A stretch of 64,000 nucleotides of DNA, taken from Octopus bimaculoides. Its lineage: Eukaryota. The DNA is taken from contig NC_068984.1 of the NCBI RefSeq assembly GCF_001194135.2, positions 58,146,303 through 58,210,302 of the forward strand, read 5' to 3'. Position numbers and translations under genes: made by a program. Under the pieces are notes generated by a model that saw nothing but the letters and a program-made list of their open reading frames with translations, was not told the DNA's origin and did no database searches. Positions 36,111 to 49,169 of the stretch are shown in pieces (the stretch's first letter is position 1; the number at the start of each line of letters is the position of its first letter).

Positions 36111-37866
36111 TTGATTATGTCACAAAAGCTATTGACTGCTTATGGAAAGCAGTCCAGGTGTTTTGAGATAATCTGTTCTCTGATTGTGCTTAATGGATAT
36201 TGGGTCAATGCATATGATATTGCTATGAAGTCTACCTTCCATCATTAATCTGATTTTGGTCCCAGTTTTTTTTTTTTTTTTTATCAGACCAGCCTGCAAT
36301 TTGCATCCTCCTACGAACACTTTTCCCATTATTCCCTAAACAATAGTTACTGCGATAAATGTTGTTATTGTGAGAAGAAGTTATGAGTGTGGTGGTCAGG
36401 AACATTATTTTACTGGATATTTTACTTTCTTGGATCCACGCTCTTGGACTTTTACTATCTCGGATATTCACCCTGAGACTTAAATTCTTCAACCTTTATT
36501 TTTACATGTAAAAATATTCTTTTTATGCCAGTATTTTCTAATTTACATACAGATGCTATGAACAACACTCATCACTCATGTTTGTCTACCGCAATATGTT
36601 TTTGAATTACTTATACACACACAGACAAGAACATTTCATATTGCATACTGCCATGTCATTGTATAGTCATCACCTTTGCACATCTAGTTACAAATATAGG
36701 CTTATTAAACCTCTCGTGTACATTTTCATACTACCTAGCAAAAATATATACTTGCACTTTCACATATATACACATAATATAACCTTCCTAACACCCATTC
36801 AAATACTATCTTCCTCTACTAAGTGAAATCACTGACACCCTACATACTCATTTCATTTCTTGATCCTTCATAGAATAGCATTCTCTGATTTATAGCTCTT
36901 TACATTGCTCTTGTCCTATCATTTCTGTCTGTCTCTCTGTCTCTCTTTTTCCTCTTGTGTGTTTGTGTGAGTGTATACATATAGACATATAATGTACATC
37001 AATACTCACACACACACACACACACATAAATGCATATATATGTTAGAAAATTTTGAAGATTTATCATTCTTTATTGTCTTTCTAATATTCTTTAGAATTT
37101 ACATGAAATCCTTGAAAGTGAACTCAGGTTTTACCAATCAAAACGAGTACAACTGTAATTGTAATTCCAAATATTGCCTCATATTCAATATGGTTATTGT
37201 GGATTTTAACAAAGTGGTCATAAGGTATCTGCTGGGATTAAAGACCCCTATTCCTTTGTGTTATACATACACACACACACATACAATGGGTGAGGAGACG
37301 CTAATATAAGCGTACAATTGATGAACACCAGATTAATGTTCGGAAAAAGTCCCAAATTCTTAAAATCCAACTTCCTAATCACAGTAAAAATAATTCACAG
37401 AACAAAAGCCAGCTATAAGAACTGTAACTCAAGCCTGTAATAAAATGCTAAAAGATGAACAAGCGCATATGTATGGCATAATATCTTTTGTATCATTTAT
37501 ATCAGATGTTAGATAAGCATAACCAAACTATAACAACTGCAGCAAAAATGCTCCTAGATAGTCCTTTACAACTGTTTCAAAAATTTTGTGACTGAGGCAG
37601 TTGTATGTATTATGCAAACGGGTGGTGCATATTGATGTAATATGCATCAAATAAGTAGAAAAAATTATGAGCACATAAACATGAAATCTCTTAAGAAATT
37701 TGAGCCAAAGGCTTCAAATTGCCAAAATTTTCTTCAGAAGAAAACAGTAGAATAGACTGGTATTTATGAGTATAGAAACATCAATAAAAACTGGAGGAAA
37801 GTGGGTGGCAAATGATAGTGATGTGATAGAAAGGAAGGTGGGATCTAGAGTGATACAATGTACAGA

Positions 37867-37912
<46 letters not shown>

Positions 37913-39799
37913 TGGAATAGAAGAGAGGAAAGTAACGAAAAAGAAAACGGAAAAAGAAAGAAAGAAAAGCGGATAAGAGATGAAAAGGCTATAAAGATTC
38001 TTTATAACCAGTTATAAAGAATCAGGAAAATCGGAATTTTCTCATTTACAAACAGTTGGATACAATTATATTCTGTACATACAGCTTTTTTGATTTTTGA
38101 AACGTTTACATTTTACTATAGATTAATATGCTCCAAAGACATTAGATAACTATAAAGCACATTTTAATCTAATTTCCTCGTACTAACTTATATAGTCTTC
38201 TTCATCTGTTTTACTTATAAACTAGTCCTTAGAGTTATAACATATCTTCATCCTAAGAATAACTTAATCTTTAAACATTATAAATATTTACAACGATACG
38301 TCCCCACAAAGGGACATACTGTTTTCTATAGGCTTAGACATGGCTGTTTGGATAACAAGTTCGCTTGCCACTCACTTTTCTCCGACTTTTATTGGTCCAT
38401 ACTCTTAAATACAAGTCTATTGCTAGAGAAACTGTATTCTACCTCCTCTTTCTACTAAAGAAAAATTCCGCAAACCAAACCTATAGCTTGGATTCATAAG
38501 AGACATGTTTTGTGCTTATAATTTTGTTTTTTACTAACTTGATGCGTGTTACTACATCAGTATGCCCGACCGACTTGTTTTTGTTTAATACATAATATGT
38601 ATTGCAGCAAACAGTCGCCGAATCTTTGAAACAGTTGTAAAGAACTATCTTGGAATATTTTCGCTCTTCAGTTGTTATATTTTGGCTATTTTTAACGTTT
38701 TTGCAAATTATATATATATAAAAAAAATACTGTGCCATATACACATGTTTGTCCATCTTTTATTTCTGTCGGTCTGTCTCTCACACATATACACACTCAT
38801 ACCTCATTACTACGGACCTCCCTTTAACAGATTTCGGAAGCAGCGAACAAAATCACGGCATATTAACAATGCCTCTTCACCATCCATGGTAAGTCTGATT
38901 TTAAATTTAAAATGTTGAATTTACTGTATTATAGTGTATATTTACAGCGTACAGGTATTTTACACTGTCAGATTGGATAGTGTGCTTGATTAAATGTACA
39001 GTACTGTATTTATTCCTCTGTTTTTCGTAATGTAATTGTTGATATAAGCTACTCCTAATGTAGCCTAACCTTAGTGTCGGTGCCTATGGACAATCGGCTT
39101 CATCGGACCGATGTTCCGCCTTTTAGTCCGTAGCTCCAAAGTATGAGTGTGTGTGTGTGTGTTTTGATAGACATCCACAGATACTGCAGACGAAACTTCC
39201 CCCATTCACCACACTAGCAATGCGTTTTCGAGCAGCTCACTTAAGTTCAGCATGCAAATGCGTTTCTCCAAAACTATCCACCCTTTCCTTTAATCGTTGT
39301 CTTTACTGGTGTCGATGAGAAGAAGCGTTGTTTTCCTTCCATATCTCACATGTCTTAAACTACGGTTTAGGGATTGTATAAAGTCCTCGTTGAAGGCATG
39401 TGAGATATACCTACGCACGCGCGCGCGCATGAGTATGTATGTATATTTTCATTGGGCTATTGAATGTTGGTATTTACTGCATTTAGCTCATCCGCTGCAA
39501 GCCAGAGACAAATATCTGAAAATTCATAAGTATCCATGGACTTTTATAATGACAAAGAAGAATAGGCTGAACAGGTCATTTTATTACTTCAATTTACAAT
39601 TGTTTCATCTTAATTTAGCATGGTCGATTTTAACAACATTATGTAACAATACATGCAACTATTGATTATTTTTCCCATGTGTCACTCAGATTAAACTTCG
39701 TAACACATGTTGAATTGAATCCTTCAAAATTGCATTTAAAATAATATATATACATACATATACATACATACATACATACATACATACATACATACATAC

Positions 39800-40517
39800 N
39801 NNNNNNNNNNNNNNNNNNNNNNNNNNNNNNNNNNNNNNNNNNNNNNNNNNNNNNNNNNNNNNNNNNNNNNNNNNNNNNNNNNNNNNNNNNNNNNNNNNNN
39901 NNNNNNNNNNNNNNNNNNNNNNNNNNNNNNNNNNNNNNNNNNNNNNNNNNNNNNNNNNNNNNNNNNNNNNNNNNNNNNNNNNNNNNNNNNNNNNNNNNNN
40001 NNNNNNNNNNNNNNNNNNNNNNNNNNNNNNNNNNNNNNNNNNNNNNNNNNNNNNNNNNNNNNNNNNNNNNNNNNNNNNNNNNNNNNNNNNNNNNNNNNNN
40101 NNNNNNNNNNNNNNNNNNNNNNNNNNNNNNNNNNNNNNNNNNNNNNNNNNNNNNNNNNNNNNNNNNNNNNNNNNNNNNNNNNNNNNNNNNNNNNNNNNNN
40201 NNNNNNNNNNNNNNNNNNNNNNNNNNNNNNNNNNNNNNNNNNNNNNNNNNNNNNNNNNNNNNNNNNNNNNNNNNNNNNNNNNNNNNNNNNNNNNNNNNNN
40301 NNNNNNNNNNNNNNNNNNNNNNNNNNNNNNNNNNNNNNNNNNNNNNNNNNNNNNNNNNNNNNNNNNNNNNNNNNNNNNNNNNNNNNNNNNNNNNNNNNNN
40401 NNNNNNNNNNNNNNNNNNNNNNNNNNNNNNNNNNNNNNNNNNNNNNNNNNNNNNNNNNNNNNNNNNNNNNNNNNNNNNNNNNNNNNNNNNNNNNNNNNNN
40501 NNNNNNNNNNNNNNNNN
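39800..40517. other. Assembly gap (largest of six)
   Basis: N runs at 1797-1859, 7733-7742, 12531-12838, 22286-22483, 25613-25622 and 39800-40517, mostly next to microsatellites or low-complexity runs. Confidence 0.99.
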
Positions 40518-40523
40518 TATATA

Positions 40524-40991
40524 GGAGGCTCAATGGCCCAGTGGCTAGGGCAGCGGACTCGCGGTCATAGGATCGCGGTTTCGATTCCCAGACCGGGCGT
40601 TGTGAGTGTTTATTGAGCGAAAACACCTAAAGCTCCACGAGGCTCCGGCAGGTGCAGGCGTGATGTTTCCGGGTTCAGTCACACTGCGCGGAACCTTTAT
40701 TCTACTATAGTCTCGGACCGACCAAAGCCTTGTGAGTGGATTTGGTAGACGGGATCTGAAAGAAGTCCCTCTTATATATATGTAAATGTATATATGCTTG
40801 TGTGTGTTTTTGTGTCTGTGTTTGTTCCCCACCACCGCTTGCCAACTAGTGTTGGTGTATTCAGCAAAAGAGACCGATCGAATTAAGTACTCGGCTTAAA
40901 AAAATATAAGCACTGGGGTGGGCTCGTTCGATAAAAAAATTCTTCAAGGTGGTGCCCCAGTCTATTGACTGAAGCAAGTAAAAGATAAAAG
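40524..40991 (+). mobile_element. Chimeric SINE: tRNA-like head of one family fused to the family A body
   Basis: Head 40524-40599 with A-box TGGCCCAGTGG and B-box GTTTCGATTCC; junction near 40652; family A tail AAAAGATAAAAG. Confidence 0.7.
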
Positions 40992-41877
40992 TTCGTTTTG
41001 TATTTCCTTTTATTTTAATTATTTTACGAATATAATAATATTCTATTGATTTTGTCTTTCTATCAAATTAATTTATTGATTATTTTATTTAATTCATTCC
41101 GCCAGTGCTTCGTCAATGCCACAGTGACGAAGCTTGTATGGAAAACGTCCTTCAAGTCACAAAACATTTAAGACAAACTTATGAATGACTTTGTAAAACT
41201 GGAAATATCCATGATTTACCAATAGAAGTTCGTGCTCGCGTCAAGGATGAAATTGTTGCCTAAATTAAGTCCCATGGAAGAAGAAGAAAATTGCTACTTT
41301 AGAAAGGCATTTAAGAAAATGGACATGCCATATGAAATAACCAGAAAATTTTTGCGAGGATAACTTACCACCAAACAAATTCTCTCTGATAACGATGCAG
41401 CCAAGATGGAATGTTGTCAGTTAATCAAAGGACAATTCTCTTACCCAGTATCACTGTTTTTCATGTAAATGCTCTGATCAAGGAGCATAGCTGTGTTATT
41501 TGGAGATATGAAAGTACCAAACTCTATACAAAAAAAAAACCCTTTAACATTTAGTATCAATATCTGAACTGCAATATTTCAAAATAAGTTGATTAGATTG
41601 ATTTTTGCTTTTGGGGAATGCACAACAAAATTATTTAGCCACGTTGAAAAACTATTTTATAATAACATTTAAACAACTCTGATGATTGAGCAGAACCAGT
41701 ATCCAACAGGATGGAAGTTCTCTAGAATGGGAACTCCAAATAAAGGAGTTCCTAAATTGCCCATTTCATGAAAAATGGACTAGCCATTCTGTTTCAATTG
41801 CTTGGCCTACAAGAAACCCTGAACATTTATTTACAAAGTGTAATTAAGGCAGAGATTTACGAGAGAAAACCTCTAAA

Positions 41878-42070
41878 TGTTGGGTTCAAATTTTGACACA
41901 AGGCTAGCAATTTCAGGGGAGAGGATAATTCGATTACATCGACACCAGTGCTCAACTGGTACTTATTTTATCGACCCCGAAAGGCAGAATTTGAATTCAG
42001 AACCTAAAGACAGACGAAATGCCTCTAAGCATTTTGACCGGCGTGCTAACATTTCTGCCAGCTCACTGCC
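41878..42070 (-). mobile_element. SINE family C
   Basis: CCAGTGCTCAACTGGTACTTATTTTATCGACCCCGAAAGG...GACCGGCGTGCTAAC.TTTCTGCCAGCTC. Confidence 0.7.
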
Positions 42071-42989
42071 CTAAAAAGCCTAATAATATTAATGAGGTGA
42101 ATACATTTACAAAGGGAGAATTTGATCGTCAAAACGACTCAACCCTATTTTTGATACTATGGTTCATCGATTTCCCCCTTGTATTAAAGTTGAAGGACGA
42201 TATTTCCAGCATAAATAACAGTCCAGTATAGCATTAACATTTTTAGTCATTCCTTTTGTTTCAATAAATTTCTTCTTATATAAACTATAATTGTCTCATT
42301 GTTTTTCATTAAAGCACCGGAGGGAGTTTGTAGCCTGTGTATGCGTTTGTGTCTGAGTGAGTGAGTGTGTGTGTTTGTGTGTGTTTTATGTATGTATGTA
42401 TGTATGTATGTATGTAGATGGTGGTAGTGGCTTACCGTCGTTCAACCATGAGGATTTAGAGCTTCTATCAACTAACTTACCTGCCCTTGAATTAACGAGT
42501 ATGCGACTCAGCAATCCACAGATACATATACTCCAACATAATTCTCAGTCAAATCAGCGTGAGACAGGACTTTCTATACAGTTTCCGTTTACCTATTTTC
42601 CCTAACAAGATATTGTTCACCCGAAAGCTAAAGAAAATGAAAATGCCATAAAGTGGGATCCGGGACCTCGTGACAGCGAATCATACTTGTTAACCATTCG
42701 GTAATACGAAACCTGTACGCAAGTATATAGCGCGCGCGCCTGTGTATAAGATGCTGTAGAAACCATGTATCTATTGCTATTTCGTTTGTTATGTAATATG
42801 AAGTTTTAGTGATGTAATCTGATTGTGAAGTAATACTTTCCATAACAGTCGTCAACAGAATTGAAACGCGTGCAAGAATTTATTGGAAAACGTAAAAAAG
42901 ACTAATCTTTCTTTTTTTCTTTCTTATCTATGTTCTGTATTCAAAATATCGAGGAATAACTACAGCAAGGTATTTAGAAATGCAATTCA

Positions 42990-44800
42990 GTTTCTCTTCA
43001 CGAATGAGCCTTTGAAACTATAATGGAAGACCTAGAGTTCTAAACATTGGCGATACGTCGTGCTCTGCAGACCGCACTACATCCCCCACCCCACATCACT
43101 GATGAACAATGGTCATCAATTCAAAGTATCATCACTTGATAACAAAAGTATCAATGGTTTCACCAAAAAGGGGAGCCCAAAATTGATTTGACAATAACGA
43201 TGAAATTAATTAGTCCGTTGAGGAAAAGCAATATGCTCGGATGTCACACGAGCAAGATCCATGATAAAGATTTAATATGACTTGCTATCAAAATTTCGAA
43301 CATCAATGTCAAACTAAACTCAAAGTAATTCCGAACAACTTGTGGCACAAAAAGCAACTTGAAAACTATGCAGTTGCCCGTGAATTTAGAAACTTCTTTG
43401 TTGGAGCGAAGCAAATGTTTAGCTCAGTACGAACGTCAACAGGCGACTATCTAGCTGCTGACGGATCCACACGATAACCTCCAACACTGGAAGAAACATT
43501 TTCCCTCGCTGTTGAATCAGAATTCACCAACAACAGATTTCTTAAGAAATGTTTCACATAATCATAGAAAACTGTAGATGATTGTACAATTATGATTTTG
43601 AGAGTTTGAAAATGCTGTGAAAAAGAATGAAACAGTAAAAATCCCCAAATCCAAACACCATTTCTCTTAAATCATTGAAATATGGTGGAATATATCTCAA
43701 AACCCAGCTTGTCTCACAAATTTTGAAGACATGGGCAAACCATTGAGTCGTAAATGAATTTAAGGATGCAGTTATTATCACCATCTTCAAGAAAGGAAAA
43801 TTTTGTGAGAATTATGGTGATATTTCATTGCTTTCTATTGAAGGAAAAGTATTTGCAAGTATCTTTCGAAACCGTCTACATATCGTTGCGGAGAGATTCT
43901 CCCCGAATCTCTAGATTTTCATGCCTTTCATGGCACATTCAACATGATTTTTCTGAGCGAAACAACTACAAGAGGAAAGCAAAGAACAACGGAAACAATT
44001 TTTCCTTGTCTTCTACAACCAAGAAAAGTTTTTGACAGTGTGACAAGAGATGTCATATGGATGGTTCTTTAGCGTTTTAGTTGCCCAAACCACTTCACTT
44101 CACTGATTCAAGAACTGCATGGCAATATGTCAGGTTTATTTTTGATCAAAGTAAAACTTTCCGAACAGTTCCCAATTACATGTGGGTTGAACCAGGGATG
44201 CATTCTTGCACTTTCACTCTTCTCCTTAAACTTAATGAGGTACTGACATCAAATACTATTGTAATGGTGGACTATCTAGCATAGACAGGCTTAGGTCTCA
44301 TCGATACTTCAACGTCCGAATCTTTTCAGAGTTTCAATACGCAGATAGCAATGCTACTATGTCAAAACACATCAGAAACTCCAGCAATCAGTCAACAATT
44401 GTTGGCTAATTGCTGGAATTTTACCAATTTTCCAAACATTGGGTGAACTGATCCAATTCTGTGTTGCACATCCTTTTCCAGGGTACATTTGTTCGAAACA
44501 ATACTTTCAAAATAGGGAAAATGGTCAATCTGTTCGTGAGATATATCACGGATATTGTTGAAATCATGGAGGTTGGCCTTCGGAGCAGGTTAGGCTAGGA
44601 CTAGTTCTTCGTGATATTCACAGTGAAACCGAAACAATCAGCTCTTCAGCGTTTGGAAAATTGGCAAAACGGGTTTCTAAGAACATATAACTAACAATAA
44701 AAACAAAGTGATGGTCTAGCAAGCTAATTTATCTCAGCATTATTATACGGCTGTGAAACACGAACATTTTATCATCGATAAATCAAACCCAGCGGTATCT
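42990..44800 (+). mobile_element. Heavily decayed RTE LINE reverse-transcriptase ORF
   Basis: Remnant peptides AADGST, KHFPSLLNQN, DAVIITIFKKGK, ISLLSIEGKVFASIFRNRL, SAFGKLAKRV and LLYGCET, with many stops and frameshifts. Confidence 0.75.
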
Positions 44801-44829
44801 TAAACATCAAATGAGAAGACAACGAGAGT

Positions 44830-45150
44830 TTGAAAATGCCATGAATAGGACGGAACTACGAAAATTCCCTGGTGAAGATAATATTCCACTTGAATTACTG
44901 AAACATGCGATACTACTTCTCAAAAGTAATTTTTCTTTTTTTATCTAATCCTGAAAAAATGGGAAAACTGTTGAATTTAAAATATGCAGTAGATGAATTT
45001 AAATATGCAGTAATTATCACCAATCTTGACAAAGGAGATTGAAAAATCTCAGGAGTTATTGTGGAATATTATTGTTCTCAGATGCAGGGAAAATATCTGC
45101 TAGAATCCTTCTAGGACGTCTCCAAATCATTTCAGAGGAAATTCTCTCAA
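44830..45150 (+). mobile_element. Second RTE RT fragment
   Basis: PGEDNIPLELLKH ... NLRSYCGILLFSDAGKISARILLGRLQIISEEIL. Confidence 0.6.
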
Positions 45151-45164
45151 ATTCTAAAAAAAAA

Positions 45165-45196
<32 letters not shown>

Positions 45197-45714
45197 AAGA
45201 GTCATAAGATCAACCATGACAAAATATTGGCGATGATGGTTGAAAGAATCCTCTTCGGTGAATTAATCATAGAAAAAAGACCATGAATAAATCCCTGCAA
45301 CAGTTAGAAAGACCAACTAAAATGAATGTGACTGGAATTAAAACAAAACCGTGGGAAAACGGAATCCCAGAACTGCACCAGCTGGAACTGAAATTTTTGA
45401 AATGAAAACATAATTTTAAGAAAAACGCAAAGAACATAAAATGAAACACCAACAACAGCCACCATCTTTCTGTACCATCTTTGTTTCTGCTTATTTTACG
45501 CGAAAATTGGTAATCTCAGCCACCAACGGCTAAAACACGGAGAAACCTCGGAGGAAATCGAAATTCTTGAACATACACACACACACACAAACATGCACGC
45601 ACGCACACAAGCAAGAGGAAAAAAGAGTAAATAAAAAAATAAACTGATAAGAGGAGAAAACTCCCACATACACATGCACTCTTACATATACAGACAGACA
45701 GACAGACAGACACA

Positions 45715-45765
<51 letters not shown>

Positions 45766-45863
45766 CACGTGCATACATATATATTCAGACACACACACAT
45801 ATATTCACACACACATACAGAACGTTGAAACATCAAAAGTAAACTGATAAACACACAAACACA

Positions 45864-46325
45864 TACGAGGATTATACCAAAAGTGTGCAGAACTTTGTTT
45901 TTAACTGACATAGGTCGTTCAAATATGCATAGATTGGTAGAGTAACACTTCCCCTATACAAAGCTACAACCCAACATTGTCACCTTCACAAGCAATTCAT
46001 TTGCGCTATCGTTGAACACAAACTTGAAAACCGCTTCGAAAGAATTCGGGTGTCCACAACCACTTTCACAACCATTTTCACTTCATCCACATCATCAATT
46101 CGCTGTCCCCACGGACTATCCTTCATTGAACCGAATAAATAAAAGTCGGAGAGCACCAGATCTGGACTATACAGTAGATGGAGTTCCACTGGCCAGCTCA
46201 GCCTGTCGATTGCCTGAGTTGTTGCCAGAGATGTGTGCAGTCGTGTATTGTCATGTTGAATGTCAATCATTTGTAGATTCTTGCTCAGTTTCTTCCTCCT
46301 AATAAGTATCAGTTGAGGAATGAGG
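45864..46325 (-). mobile_element. mariner transposase relic (DDD-domain 3' part) with TIR
   Basis: HDNTRLHTS...YSPDLVLSDFYLFGSMK matches the mariner HDNARPH / YSPDLAPSDF motifs. TA followed by CGAGGATTATACCAAAAGT at 45864 is TIR-like. Confidence 0.85.
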
Positions 46326-46652
46326 TCGGCGTAATCAATTATTCCTCTCACACCAAAGTTTCAGGCCTTGTGCATAGAGTAGAAAGAATTATTACAGTTA
46401 GTTATAGGGAGAGTGTTTCCGTCTGGATGATGTATTATATAAGCAAGTAAAAATATGTCGTGAAGGAAAACAATAGTTACAGAAAATTTAAAGGTCCTTA
46501 TATAATTTTCGATAGCAAAAAAAAAAAAGGGTCATCAGTCTTCGGAAAATCACTTGTGTGCTTGTATACATACATTTCACAACAAAAGCATTATACAACT
46601 GGATGATAGAAATCTCTCTATATTTGTTAGAGTAACTGAAAGACCAGTATGT

Positions 46653-46868
46653 AATATTGGTTTCTATTTTTGGCACAAGGCCAGTAATTTCGGGGAGGGT
46701 GTAAATCAATTTCCACCGACCCCAGTAATCAACTGGTACTTATTTTATCGGCACCGAGAGGATAAAAGGTGAGTCGACCTCGGTGGAATTTAAACTCAGA
46801 ACGTTAAGACGGACGAAATACTGCTAAACATTTTGCCCGGCGTGCTGACGATTTTGCCATCTCGCCAC
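46653..46868 (-). mobile_element. SINE family C, CpG-retaining
   Basis: CAACTGGTACTTATTTTATCGGCACCGAG...GTCGACCTCGGTGGAATTTAAACTCAGAACG...CCCGGCGTGCTGACG. Confidence 0.7.
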
Positions 46869-47837
46869 TTTAGACCAGTATATAATATTGCTTTCAAATT
46901 TTGGCACAGGGCCGGAACGTTCGACCCCAATGATTAAGATTCTGCCATCTCACCAGCTTCAAGACCAGTATGTAATATTAGCAGCAGAAAAGGGGTTTGT
47001 GCTGTGGAAGTTAATTTTTCGTATCTATTCCTAGTTATGTCCATTTCACTTCAGTAGAAATTCTGTGAAAAGCATGAATATTACAATTTTCTGTTTCATC
47101 TTCTACTTAACTCTTTGTCTGTCCAAAGCGTTTTCATTTGTTTGTTCTAAACGTCTATGCTTGTTTCCAGGCTTTTATTTCGCACTAGCTTATGTTCTGA
47201 GTAATATAAAGCTTTCCTTTCATAAGTCCTAAGTTAATCTGGAGACTGAAAAACAGTGTGAACGTGTATCATATATGATGCATGGACACTAAGAAAAATG
47301 TACGCATCACATGTGATACACTGGACAGCAAAGAGTTAAATGTTTCATCCACTACAGAGAAGCTGCGTTAGTTTTTGAATGTAGAGTTATTGCATTAAAA
47401 TTATTTCAAAATTTCCATGTTACTGACGCGGGGTAGAGACCTTTCCACATTTATTATATTACTACAATGGCTTTTAACAAATTTTGCACCAAATCGTACA
47501 ACAGCTATCAACCCTAGAAGCAATATTGATCATGATATTTAGAGATGTAACATTTGAGTGAATTACAAATAAAAAAAAAGGGCGAGATTAATGACATGAG
47601 CAATAACAAAACGCAAGTTAGATCGATTCATATAATATATGGCCTGTTGATTAAACATTGACACACACGCACACGCACGTACACACACACATACACACAC
47701 ACACATACACACACACACACACTTTACATATTTTTATGTACGTATTAACTATGTGAATAATTAACTGAAGAAAGGTGTCCACTAAACTCTACATGTTACG
47801 ACTTGCACAAGAGAAAGTTGAGACAGAAAACAAGAGG

Positions 47838-47860
47838 GAGAGAGGGAGAGAGAGAGAAAG

Positions 47861-47925
<65 letters not shown>

Positions 47926-47932
47926 GAGAGAT
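47838..47932 (+). repeat. (GA)n microsatellite
   Basis: Direct observation. Confidence 0.9.
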
Positions 47933-48657
47933 AGAGACTTATATAAGGTTTGTTTTAAGCTTAATTGACAATATCGTTATCTATTTTTGTTTGACAGTTT
48001 AATTAATAGAACTCCGATGGATGTGAGCGTAATCTATAAATTAAAACACGACTCTACTTTAAAAGTAGGTTGTGACCATCAAGAGACTTTTAACCAATTA
48101 AACTTCAGAGCATTTACAAATTTGTCTCGATCAAATTATTCTGAATGCTGTTTGTTTTGGTGAAGCTCCAATTATAAGAAAAATAGTTGCTAAGTTACAG
48201 CCTATGTCAGGAATTATTTTTCCAAGATTTATAAATGTATCTATTTCTTTCAAATTTCTTCCGAAAGCATTTTTTTTTTACCGGATTTGTTATAGATATT
48301 CCTGTCTTTGCTATTTGTCATATTAAGAACTAAATCATAACTTTTGGAAATATATAATGGACAGAAAATAATAGGCTGCTGATATCTATAATGAAATACA
48401 TTCATTTTTGAAGAAGCTGAGGCTGTTCAGATTTATTGTTTTATTAATTTTTTTTTATGGTTTAGTGAGATAAGAAAGAGTAGTGTTCCTTGAGCCTGGT
48501 GAAGAAAAACGAGTTATGGGCTGTTGTAGTAGAAAACAGCTGATCTAGACATTGAAGATTTGATCTGGATATTCACGATATTGTGGGTTCTTACTAAAGG
48601 CATCCAAGGTCAGGCGGGTACGTGAAACCGCGCTACAAATTAATTGTAACACCGAAG

Positions 48658-48823
48658 CAGGGCCATCTTAGCAGAATTATAGGTCTCCGGGCAACCCAAC
48701 GCACTGGACCTGATAGTATTTTATTGACAACAAACTACAGCATACATATATCAAAATTAGGCTCCTAGGCCCGTGAGGCCCCCGGGAAACTGCCCAGTGT
48801 ACTTCTGCCTTAAGACGACACTG
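48658..48823. mobile_element. hAT-like MITE
   Basis: Imperfect TIRs CAGGGCCATCTTA / TAAGACGACACTG. The 8-bp flanks CACCGAAG and CATCGAGG match at 6 of 8 positions, consistent with an old target-site duplication. Confidence 0.55.
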
Positions 48824-49169
48824 CATCGAGGGGCAAATACAGTGCATCTCGTAAACTTTTGAACAATTCTCATCAATTGAATTTTATTTAAGAGAGCTTG
48901 GGTGACTCGAGGTTGTGGTAGAGTCAGTTGCCTAAAGTGCTATGCAGTGCAACCCATCTTGAAACCACATGATTGTGAATCGAACTTCTTAACCACATGG
49001 TCATGACTATACAGAAGATTGACGCAGACGTTGCAAAATTTTATATTTTGACTTTTATTTGTTTCAGTCATGAGACTGCGGCCAAGCTAGGGCATCGCCT
49101 TGAAGAATTGTTTTAGTCGAATGAATCGACCCCAATGATAAGTGTATCATTTAAATGATACATCTATGT

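Noticed and set aside
39080-39120. Minus-strand CCGATGAAGCC resembling a hammerhead core
   Set aside because: There is no GAAA after the putative helix II and no helix I.
39736-40626. Long ORFs in the track made mostly of X (also 12427-13031 and 22165-22652)
   Set aside because: They only span N-gaps; there is no coding evidence.
41090-41470. Possible Tc1 transposase N-terminus (TGNIHDLP)
   Set aside because: A single short motif, with no TIR or DDE region recognisable.
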